64,000 bases of DNA from Bacilli bacterium (lineage in GTDB: Bacteria > Bacillota_I > Bacilli_A > RF39 > UBA660). Below the pieces are notes generated by a model. That model ran no database searches, was not told the origin of the DNA, and worked only from the letters and a program-made list of their open reading frames with translations. Positions within the stretch are counted from its first letter, which is position 1. Each line of letters begins with the position of its first letter. Below are positions 53,335 through 61,527 of this stretch, one piece after another. Location of the stretch: NCBI GenBank assembly GCA_017460745.1, contig JAFUAL010000045.1, positions 75,741 to 139,740 of the forward strand. Reading direction: 5' to 3'. The position numbers and the translations under genes were made by a program.

Positions 53335-54040
53335 GATATACAACGAGGATTGTCTAGTAGGTCTTAAAAAAATACCAGATAACTCTATTGATTTAGTAGT
53401 CATAGATCCACCTTATGATATTTGTACTAAAGGTGGTAAAAAAGGATCTGGTAGATTATGTCATGATTTAACTAAGTTAGAAAATGAATTAAAAGAAAGT
53501 AATTTAGTTAATGGTTATGATTTATCTGTCTTAGATGAGCTAATAAGAGTTATGAAAGAAATTAATATCTATATATGGTGTAATGGCAGACAAATACCTA
53601 CTTACATGAAGTATTTCGTTGAACAACTTGGGTGCAAATTAGAAATTATTATATGGGGTAAAACTAACCCTATGCCTTTATATAGTAATAAGTATTTAGG
53701 TGATAAAGAATATTGCTTATATTTTAGAAAAGGAGGTTATTGTAAACCAAACTCTTATGAAGATGCTAAAACAATATATTTATCTACTTTAAATGTAAAA
53801 GATAAGCAAATGTATGGACATCCTACTATAAAACCACTTCCTTTAATTAGGAAACTAATAAGGAATAGTTCAAAAGAAAATGAAATAGTTTTAGATTGTT
53901 TTATTGGTAGTGGCACAACAGCAGTTGCTAGTATGCTAGAAAATAGAAAATTTATAGGGTTTGAAATTAATAAAAAATATTATGATATTGCTTTAAAAAG
54001 AATATCAGAAACAAGTAAGGAGGATGATATTAATGACTAA
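53303..54040 (+). CDS. orphan beta-class N4/N6 DNA methyltransferase
   Basis: IDPPY, HPTIKP, LDCFIGSGTT, GFEI. Confidence 0.88.
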   Translation: MKGIINLQVNKIYNEDCLVGLKKIPDNSIDLVVIDPPYDICTKGGKKGSGRLCHDLTKLENELKESNLVNGYDLSVLDELIRVMKEINIYIWCNGRQIPTYMKYFVEQLGCKLEIIIWGKTNPMPLYSNKYLGDKEYCLYFRKGGYCKPNSYEDAKTIYLSTLNVKDKQMYGHPTIKPLPLIRKLIRNSSKENEIVLDCFIGSGTTAVASMLENRKFIGFEINKKYYDIALKRISETSKEDDIND

Positions 54041-54488
54041 TAAATATGATGAAATAAAAGAAAAACATCAGAAGATAGTTAATGAATTTCCAATGAAATT
54101 TGCTTTCTCTGATGAACAATTTAATCAAGGTATGAAAGAATTAGGACTAGATCCTAAAGATACAGATAAAGTTGTGTCTATTGGTGGAGGTGGATTTATT
54201 AGAAAAACTGATGCAAAAAGATTTGGTGATATGTGGGATACTTTAAGAAAAGAACATAATGACTTAATCAAAGCAGATAAAACTGGTGAGGGTTATATTA
54301 AGGATATGTTTGTTAGTGAACTAGAAAATCACGAATATGGTTATACTTATGAATTAGATGATACTTTAGATGCTATAGAATTAACTAGAGAACAAATTGC
54401 TAATAGTCCTACTTTAAAACATGGACTTGAACTTGCTAGAAAAGAAGTTTTACATAAAGAATCAGAGGTAGATTATGAATATGAATAA
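54024..54488 (+). CDS. hypothetical protein
   Basis: AAGGAGG RBS; FAFS..QF, ELENHEY. Confidence 0.55.
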   Translation: MILMTNKYDEIKEKHQKIVNEFPMKFAFSDEQFNQGMKELGLDPKDTDKVVSIGGGGFIRKTDAKRFGDMWDTLRKEHNDLIKADKTGEGYIKDMFVSELENHEYGYTYELDDTLDAIELTREQIANSPTLKHGLELARKEVLHKESEVDYEYE

Positions 54489-54696
54489 TATTGATGAGAA
54501 ATTTGATGATTTACAAACAATTCTACATTCATCTAAAGAATTTAGTTTTGAAGATGGTACTATCTTAAAATTAAGACAATACTATGGTAATAAGGAAGTT
54601 CGTTTAGACTTATCTAAATTAGATATAGATATGTTTGAGGAACTATACTATGATCCAGAAAAAGAACTAGATTCTGAGGAGGATTATGAATTATAG
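54475..54696 (+). CDS. hypothetical acidic protein
   Basis: GAGGT RBS. Confidence 0.5.
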   Translation: MNMNNIDEKFDDLQTILHSSKEFSFEDGTILKLRQYYGNKEVRLDLSKLDIDMFEELYYDPEKELDSEEDYEL

Positions 54697-54720
54697 CAAT
54701 AGATTAATGAGGGATAGATA

Positions 54721-56763
54721 ATGAATTTATCCCTTTTAATTTTATTGCTATTTATTGTTTTATTTATTATAGGTTTTATGTATATAGAGCCTATTATATC
54801 TAAACATAAAGTTAAAAATAATAATGAATATGGATCAGCAAGGTTTTCTACTGAATCAGAAATAAATAAGTATTTTGCTAAAGAAAGAATATCTAATATT
54901 AATGAAGTTGGTTTTCCAGTATATTATGATAAAAATGTATCTCATGTATGGTTTGATAAAGAAACACCCCATTATGTTTATTTAGGATCAAGTGGATCTG
55001 GTAAAAGTGTTACTTGTGTTATTAATATGGTAACTTTTATAGCAAATGCCAAAAAATCAAGAAGTGTCTTTGTAACTGATCCTAAGGGTGAAATATACCA
55101 AACTACTTCTAAAATGCTACATGATAAGGGATATAAAGTCTTAACAATAGATTTTAGGCATCCAGAATTATCTAACCATATAAATATATTAGAGCCTATT
55201 ATTCGTGAATATGAAAACTATATTAAATATGAAAAATTGGCTAATGAAACAAATGAAGAAAATTTAAAACTAGAATATCAAAATAATTCTATTTCTAGTT
55301 ATGCAGAAACTAATAGATTAATTACATCTCTAGCATCTATGATTACTTATGATAAAACACAAGGTAAAGATCCTTTCTGGAATAATAGTGCTAAAAACTT
55401 ATTAGAGGGTTTAATTGGTTTCTTTTTAGAAGAATATAAAGATAATAAAATTAAAAGAGAACAAATTACTATGACTTCTATTCGTAAGTTTCAAAACTCT
55501 ACTATGGAAGATAAAAACTCTAAAAAGTTTAAATTCTATATAGAACAAAAACCTTATGGATCTAAGTCAAAAGATAGTTTAATACCAATACTTTCATCTA
55601 GTGAGAATACCTATAAGAGTATAACGAGTGTTTTCTCGGAAAAAATGGCAATATTTGATGATGTCAATGTTGCTAATGTTACTAGTAAATCAGATTTTGA
55701 TTTTGATATATTAGGTAAAGAAAAGTCAGCTATCTTTTGTATTATTCCAGATGAAGATAAAATTTACTATTCTTTAGTTACCATTATATTAGGTTTATTT
55801 TATAAAGAATTAGTAAAACTTGCTAACTCTACTGATAGTAAAAAAGTTCCAATAGAAATTGATTGGATTTGTGATGAGTTTTCAAATTGTCCACCACTAA
55901 TAGAACCTAGTATAGAATCTATAATTAGTGTGGCTAGATCAAGAGGACTTCGTTATCACTTATTTATACAAAGTTTAAGTCAATTAGATAATGTATATGG
56001 CAAAGAAGTAGCACAAATCATACTTGATAACTCTGGACTTGCTTATCTTAAAACTAACACAATGGATACTGCAGAGGCTATTAGTAAAAGACTTGGTAAA
56101 AAAACTATTGAGGCTAGTTCAATTAGTCAATCTGTTAGTTTAATGAATTATAATGGGAATAAATCTACTTCTTTAATTGCTCGTGATTTACTAACACCAG
56201 ATGAAGTTAAGAATCTACATTATAAAACAATTATATTTCCAAACATAGGCTATCCAATATTTAGGGATACAGTTATATATAAAAAATTATCTTGCTATTC
56301 TAGTGGTGAATTACCTAGAGAAATTACACCTTTAAAAGATTTAAGTAATACTTATTTTGTAGTTGAAAACATTGAAACTAAATATGATAGATTATCAAGA
56401 AATAGAAACAATAAAAGTATATATAAAGAAGAATTATCGGCTTATGATAGGTTTAAAGAAGAAGAAATAGCAAAATTAAATAACATTGTTGAAGTTATAC
56501 AAAATTTATTAAAAGATAAAATAAATTTATTTGAATATAAAGAAAATAATAATCGTACTTTTGCAAGTTTTGAATTAAAAGAAAAACTTACTACAAAAGA
56601 ATTAACTTTTATAAAAGGTAAAGTAAATAAAGAAGTATTTCATGTTGAAATAGATAATGGAAATAATACTAAATCTACAATAGAAATTCATTTAAAGAAT
56701 CCACTTGAAATAGATAATACTCTACAAAAAGAGATAACTACTTCAAGTATGAAAAATGAATAA
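54721..56763 (+). CDS. virD4: VirD4/TraG type IV coupling protein
   Basis: YGSARF, GSSGSGKS, TDPKGE, DPFW, DEF, QSLSQL..VYG, RDLLTPDEV. Confidence 0.92.
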   Translation: MNLSLLILLLFIVLFIIGFMYIEPIISKHKVKNNNEYGSARFSTESEINKYFAKERISNINEVGFPVYYDKNVSHVWFDKETPHYVYLGSSGSGKSVTCVINMVTFIANAKKSRSVFVTDPKGEIYQTTSKMLHDKGYKVLTIDFRHPELSNHINILEPIIREYENYIKYEKLANETNEENLKLEYQNNSISSYAETNRLITSLASMITYDKTQGKDPFWNNSAKNLLEGLIGFFLEEYKDNKIKREQITMTSIRKFQNSTMEDKNSKKFKFYIEQKPYGSKSKDSLIPILSSSENTYKSITSVFSEKMAIFDDVNVANVTSKSDFDFDILGKEKSAIFCIIPDEDKIYYSLVTIILGLFYKELVKLANSTDSKKVPIEIDWICDEFSNCPPLIEPSIESIISVARSRGLRYHLFIQSLSQLDNVYGKEVAQIILDNSGLAYLKTNTMDTAEAISKRLGKKTIEASSISQSVSLMNYNGNKSTSLIARDLLTPDEVKNLHYKTIIFPNIGYPIFRDTVIYKKLSCYSSGELPREITPLKDLSNTYFVVENIETKYDRLSRNRNNKSIYKEELSAYDRFKEEEIAKLNNIVEVIQNLLKDKINLFEYKENNNRTFASFELKEKLTTKELTFIKGKVNKEVFHVEIDNGNNTKSTIEIHLKNPLEIDNTLQKEITTSSMKNE

Positions 56764-56803
56764 CTTATCTTTCTAGTTCATATTTTTTAACTGGAGGCAT
56801 TCT

Positions 56804-57049
56804 ATGTTAGAAAATGATATAGAAGTAAGATTTAGTACAAAACATTTACCTTTTGAATATAAGTTACTTGAATATAGATTAATTATTAATAAAGAATTAT
56901 ACGATGAAAAAGTTATTGATCTTAGAACTTATAATGAAATGGAAGTTTCTATAATGTCTAGATTAAAAAAAATACGAAATGAATATTCCAAAATAACTGA
57001 GGATGATTTGACAATCCTTTCCAAGAGAGGTACCATGCAATCATCCTAG
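56804..57049 (+). CDS. small protein upstream of LSR2
   Basis: GGAGG RBS; RLIINKELYDEKVIDLRTY shares a motif with 26073-26216. Confidence 0.65.
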   Translation: MLENDIEVRFSTKHLPFEYKLLEYRLIINKELYDEKVIDLRTYNEMEVSIMSRLKKIRNEYSKITEDDLTILSKRGTMQSS

Positions 57050-57081
57050 TTATCTTGGGTTTGAAGAACACATGAAAGGAA

Positions 57082-58800
57082 GTGTTAGATATGGATATAA
57101 AAAAAGCAAGAGAAGATCTAAGAAAAGGGAAAACTATTTATGATATGCAATTAAAAGTTGCTTACTATGGTCGTGTTTCTACTGATAAAGATGATCAATT
57201 AAACTCACTTGAAAATCAACAGAATTATTTTGAAGATATGATAAAAGAAAATAAAAATTGGATTTTTACTCGTGGTTATATTGATGAAGGAATTAGTGGT
57301 ACAGCAGTTAAAAATCGTGATTCATTTTTAAAGATGATTGAAGATGCTACTCTAGGTAAAATTGATTTAATATTAACTAAAGAAATTTCTAGATTTTCAA
57401 GAAACACAGTTGATAGCATTAAATATACTGAATATCTATTAAAACAAGGTGTTATTGTTTACTTCCTTTCTGATAATTTGAATACTATTCAAGAAGATGC
57501 TGAATTTAGACTTACTATTATGTCTAGTATGGCACAAGATGAAGTTCGTAAATTATCTGAAAGAGTTAAATTTGGTATTAATAGAATGATTAAAGATAGA
57601 AAATTAATAGGTGGCAACTTAACTGGTTATTATAAAAAAGATGGAAGATATGAGATAAATCCAAACGAAGCACCAATGATAAAGTATTTATTTACTACTT
57701 ATGCAAGTGGTAGTGTTGGCTTAAAAAAGATTGGTGAAGAATTGGCAGAAATGGGATATGTAAATTCTAAAGGAAAACCTTATTGTCAGACTACTTTAGC
57801 AAAGATGTTATCTAATCCTAGATATAAGGGTTACTATACTGCAAAATTAAGTGAAGTTGAAGATTATAAAACTCATAAGAAAAAGAAATTACCTAAGGAA
57901 GAAAATATTATAGAAAAAGATGATAGAATTCCACCAATAGTATCAGAAGAATTATGGAATAAAGCAAATTTGTTACACGAGAAAAGAAAAAAGTTACCAT
58001 CTAGGCATGTGCTTAATTCTGAGGAACATATTAAGAAATATAAATATTCTGCAAAGTTATTTTGTAAAGATTGTAATAGTATCTTTATTCGTAGTGGTGG
58101 CTCAAATCGTGCATTAAATCCAACATGGGCTTGTAGAACTTATAAAGTCGATGGTGTATCAAAATGTGAATCACCAATTATAAAAGAAAGTTATTTAGAT
58201 AAAATATTTGTAGATGTCTTTACTGATTTTATTAAGCATAAAAAAGATTATTTAGGACAAGTCTTAACTGAATATAAAAACATTGTTAAAAATTTTACTA
58301 CTGATATTGATACAGAAGATATTAAAAGAAAAATAGATCAAATTGAAAAACAAAAAGATAAATTATTAGATTTAAGTTTAAAAGGAATAATTGATGACTT
58401 TGAGTTTAAAAAAAGAAATGATAAATTTAATCAAGAATTATTTACATTACAAAAACAAATTGATAATTCACAAAATCAAAATTTAGAAGAAGAAAGATTA
58501 AGAAATAAATTAAAAGAAATAGAATCTTGCTTAACTACTAAATTAGATATTAAAGAGAATTTACCATTCTTAGTAAATTTATTAGTTGATAAAGTTATCG
58601 TTGAAAAAGTTAATAATGATAGAAAACATATTAGATTATATATTTATTTTGATTTTAATACACCAGATATAGATATAGATTTAGATATGAACGAAAAAGT
58701 AGAACTTAAAGATAAGACATTAAAAACTATGGCTTGTCGTAGAGATTCTTCTGTCCTAAAGTGTTCGTGTATTGATACAAAGCAATCCAGGCTTTGTTAA
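57082..58800 (+). CDS. large serine recombinase (integrase of element 2); ORF crosses attR
   Basis: YGRVSTD, SRFSRN, NPRYKG, CKDC...WAC...C; stop codon lies inside spoVD fragment 3. Confidence 0.95.
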   Translation: MLDMDIKKAREDLRKGKTIYDMQLKVAYYGRVSTDKDDQLNSLENQQNYFEDMIKENKNWIFTRGYIDEGISGTAVKNRDSFLKMIEDATLGKIDLILTKEISRFSRNTVDSIKYTEYLLKQGVIVYFLSDNLNTIQEDAEFRLTIMSSMAQDEVRKLSERVKFGINRMIKDRKLIGGNLTGYYKKDGRYEINPNEAPMIKYLFTTYASGSVGLKKIGEELAEMGYVNSKGKPYCQTTLAKMLSNPRYKGYYTAKLSEVEDYKTHKKKKLPKEENIIEKDDRIPPIVSEELWNKANLLHEKRKKLPSRHVLNSEEHIKKYKYSAKLFCKDCNSIFIRSGGSNRALNPTWACRTYKVDGVSKCESPIIKESYLDKIFVDVFTDFIKHKKDYLGQVLTEYKNIVKNFTTDIDTEDIKRKIDQIEKQKDKLLDLSLKGIIDDFEFKKRNDKFNQELFTLQKQIDNSQNQNLEEERLRNKLKEIESCLTTKLDIKENLPFLVNLLVDKVIVEKVNNDRKHIRLYIYFDFNTPDIDIDLDMNEKVELKDKTLKTMACRRDSSVLKCSCIDTKQSRLC

Positions 58801-58805
58801 ACTTG
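58762..58805. other. attR of element 2
   Basis: Arm TGTTCGTGTATTGATACAAAG 58762-58782; core AA 58784-58785; spoVD resumes with PGFVKLG. Confidence 0.88.
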
Positions 58806-59650
58806 GTCAATTATTAGGTAAAGAAAAATTATTTTCATATTTTGATTTATTTGGTTTTGGAGAAAAAACAGGCATTGATTTAAATGGTGAAGGAAGCGGA
58901 ATAATGTTTTCTCTTGATCGAGTTGGAGAACTAGAACTTGTAACAAGTGCATTCGGTCAAGGAATAAGTGTAACTCCTATTCAACAAGTTACAGCTGTTT
59001 CAAGTGTTGTAAATGGAGGAAGTCTTTATAAACCATATATTGTTAAAAGTATAAATGAACCTGTTAATAATACAGTAATTGTTTCAAATAGTCCAACTTT
59101 TGTTCGTAAAACTATAAGTAAAGAAACAAGTGATACCATGAAATATGCCTTGGAATCAGTTGTTGCAAGGGGTGGAGGAAGGTATGCCTATATTGATGGA
59201 TATCGAGTAGGTGGTAAAACCGGTACTGCTCAAAAGGTTGAAAATGGAAGGTATTTAGAAAATAATTACATAATGAGTTTTATGTCAGTTGTTCCTGCAA
59301 ATGACCCAAAAGCAATCCTTTATGTTGCAATTGATAATCCAAAAAATACAGCATTACTTTCAAGTTATACAACAGCACCTGTTGCAAGAAGAATACTGCT
59401 TGATATAGTTGATATTTTAGATATAAAAAGACAAGAAGATGCAATAGAAAAAGTTCATTATTGGGATGATGAAGTTTATTACACTTTACCAGATACGATT
59501 GGTAAAACCAAACGTGAAGCAGCTCGTGATTTATTCTATTATAATGTTGAATATTCAGGAAATGGCGATATCGTAATTGACCAAAGTCCAACTGGTGGAA
59601 CATATCTTGCGGCCTCATCTACAGTACGTTTACTACTTGGAAATTCATAA
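58786..59650 (+). CDS. spoVD: SpoVD-type PBP, fragment 3 (rest of transpeptidase domain + PASTA)
   Basis: PGFVKLG..LGKEKLF, KTGIDL, AFGQG..VTPIQQ, GGKTGTAQK, one PASTA domain. Confidence 0.92.
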
Positions 59651-59685
59651 TTTTTGATATATAATGGTTATTAATAGGAGTTTAT

Positions 59686-60246
59686 ATGATAGAAATACTA
59701 AAATCAGGTTTATTAGAAATGAAAAATGATTTAAAAAATGGTAACATAAAAAGACAATTTGCAAATATACTTACATTATCAAGATTATTTTCACCATTTG
59801 TATTACTGCCTCTATATTACTTAAATAAACATACTTTATTTATTATAATGATAATTATCTTCTGTTTAACTGATACTTTTGATGGTTATTTTTCAAGACG
59901 CTATAATGCAATTAGTTTATTTGGAAAATACTTAGATGCTTTTGTTGATAAAATATTTGTTGCAACTTTATTAATTCCTATTTTATCAGGATATTTATAT
60001 TTTATTTTAATATTAGAATTTTTAATAACTATTGTAAATTTATACGAATTTTATAAAAAATTAAATCCTAAAACTAAATATATTGGTAAGGTTAAAACAA
60101 CTTTTTTATTTATTTTAATTGGCCTTTTATATTTAAGAAAATTTTTAACTTTTGGTGATAGTATTTTATTAATTGCTACTATTACTACAATTGTTTTACA
60201 AGTAGTAACTTTAATTTCATATATTATGGTATTAAAAAAAAGATAA
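59686..60246 (+). CDS. CDP-alcohol phosphatidyltransferase (PgsA-like)
   Basis: ANILTLSR, TDTFDGYFSRR...FGKYLDAFVDK. Confidence 0.88.
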   Translation: MIEILKSGLLEMKNDLKNGNIKRQFANILTLSRLFSPFVLLPLYYLNKHTLFIIMIIIFCLTDTFDGYFSRRYNAISLFGKYLDAFVDKIFVATLLIPILSGYLYFILILEFLITIVNLYEFYKKLNPKTKYIGKVKTTFLFILIGLLYLRKFLTFGDSILLIATITTIVLQVVTLISYIMVLKKR

Positions 60247-60256
60247 ATTTAATAAA

Positions 60257-60766
60257 TTATAAATTTATCTTTATATTTTCGTTTGTTCTTCCAGTTAAAT
60301 AATCTAAACTTACGTTAAAGTATTTTGCATAGTTGTAAAGAAAAGCTGTTAAAATTAAAGTCTTTCCATTTTCATAAGAACTAATATTTGATTGAGTAGT
60401 ATTTAGTACTTTAGCAAGTTCTTTTTGAGTTAAATTATTTTTCATTCTAACTTGTTTTAAACGTCTTCCAATTTCTACTGAATCCAATTTATGTTTTTTA
60501 GCTACATGTGTATTTGTTTTTGTTAAATTACAAACATAATCCATCGTAACATGAAATTTATTACAAAAATTGTTTAAATGTTTAAGAGGTATTATATGTT
60601 CTCCTGTTTCGAAGTAGTTATAGCTTGATTTACTTATTTTTAAAAGCTTTGCCATTTCTCTTTGCGTTAATTCATATGATTCTCTTATTCTTTTCAAATT
60701 ATAAAACATTATTGACCACCAACTAAATTTTCTCATTAATTGCCAATATTTACCAATATTGTCCAT
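60257..60766 (-). CDS. double-HTH XRE regulator
   Basis: Two XRE domains (LKRIRE..LTQ; LKQVRM..LTQ...VSLDYLTGR). Confidence 0.85.
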   Translation of the reverse strand: MDNIGKYWQLMRKFSWWSIMFYNLKRIRESYELTQREMAKLLKISKSSYNYFETGEHIIPLKHLNNFCNKFHVTMDYVCNLTKTNTHVAKKHKLDSVEIGRRLKQVRMKNNLTQKELAKVLNTTQSNISSYENGKTLILTAFLYNYAKYFNVSLDYLTGRTNENIKINL

Positions 60767-61006
60767 AGATTATGATAAAAATGCATATGTATAAATTCTG
60801 AAAAAATAAAAACTTTATTATTTAAATTAATTTGTACTTTTTTAAATTAAAAAAATTTTTATGTATTTTTTATATTAATGCATTATATGAATAAAAAAAT
60901 ATTTATAGTAATTAGTAAATTTTTCAAAAAAAATTAAACAAAGGTACAATATGATTGACAAAATCATTATTTTATCTTAAAATTATATTTGACAATAGGA
61001 GGATAT

Positions 61007-61447
61007 ATGGGAATGGATAAACTTAAAGGTTTTTTTGGTGGAACAAGCGATAATGAAGTTCGAGAGAATGAAAATATTAATGAAGATGAATTTTATGATG
61101 CGGAATCTAAAGCATTTACTACAACCGGAAATGGTAGTAAAATGATTTTATTTGAACCACGTGCATATTCTGAAAGTCAACAAATTGCTGATTATTTAAA
61201 GAAAAGAAATGCCGTTGTTGTTAATTTAAAAAGAGTAACACCAGATCAAGCAAAAAGAATTGTAGATTTTTTAAGTGGAACCTTATATGCAATAAATGGT
61301 GGCCTTCAGAAACTTGGTACAGGTATATTTTTGTGTACTCCAAATAATGTAGACGTTGAAGGAAGTATCACCGATGAAGTTAAAGAAGCCAAAGAAAAAG
61401 CATTAAAAAATAGTAAAGAAAATGATGAAGAAGAAGTTGAGTGGTAA
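61007..61447 (+). CDS. sepF: cell division protein SepF
   Basis: [13 protein letters not shown]...VVVNL...[10 protein letters not shown]...FLCTPNNV. Confidence 0.93.
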   Translation: MGMDKLKGFFGGTSDNEVRENENINEDEFYDAESKAFTTTGNGSKMILFEPRAYSESQQIADYLKKRNAVVVNLKRVTPDQAKRIVDFLSGTLYAINGGLQKLGTGIFLCTPNNVDVEGSITDEVKEAKEKALKNSKENDEEEVEW

Positions 61448-61527
61448 CTTCTTTTTTTAAAAAAGTATTGTATTAATTTTTTTTTAATGCTATAATTTAT
61501 TTATACTATGGAGAGGTGTTTGTATAT

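Larger units (their letters stand above)
29476..58785. mobile_element. Element 2: 29,310-bp ICE inserted in spoVD SxN
   Basis: att arms, LSR, relaxase, VirD4, VirB4, VirB6/pilin-like genes, M23 hydrolase. Confidence 0.92.

Noticed and set aside
11269-58786. Single excision attL1 x attR2 removing everything
   Set aside because: The AA cores are compatible but the arms are unrelated, and the product would lose 55 codons including the catalytic Lys and the SxN Ser.
10390-59650. Intron, intein or trans-splicing explanation for the split spoVD
   Set aside because: No reverse transcriptase/maturase or intein motifs; the junctions carry LSR-type att arms and each insert encodes an LSR.
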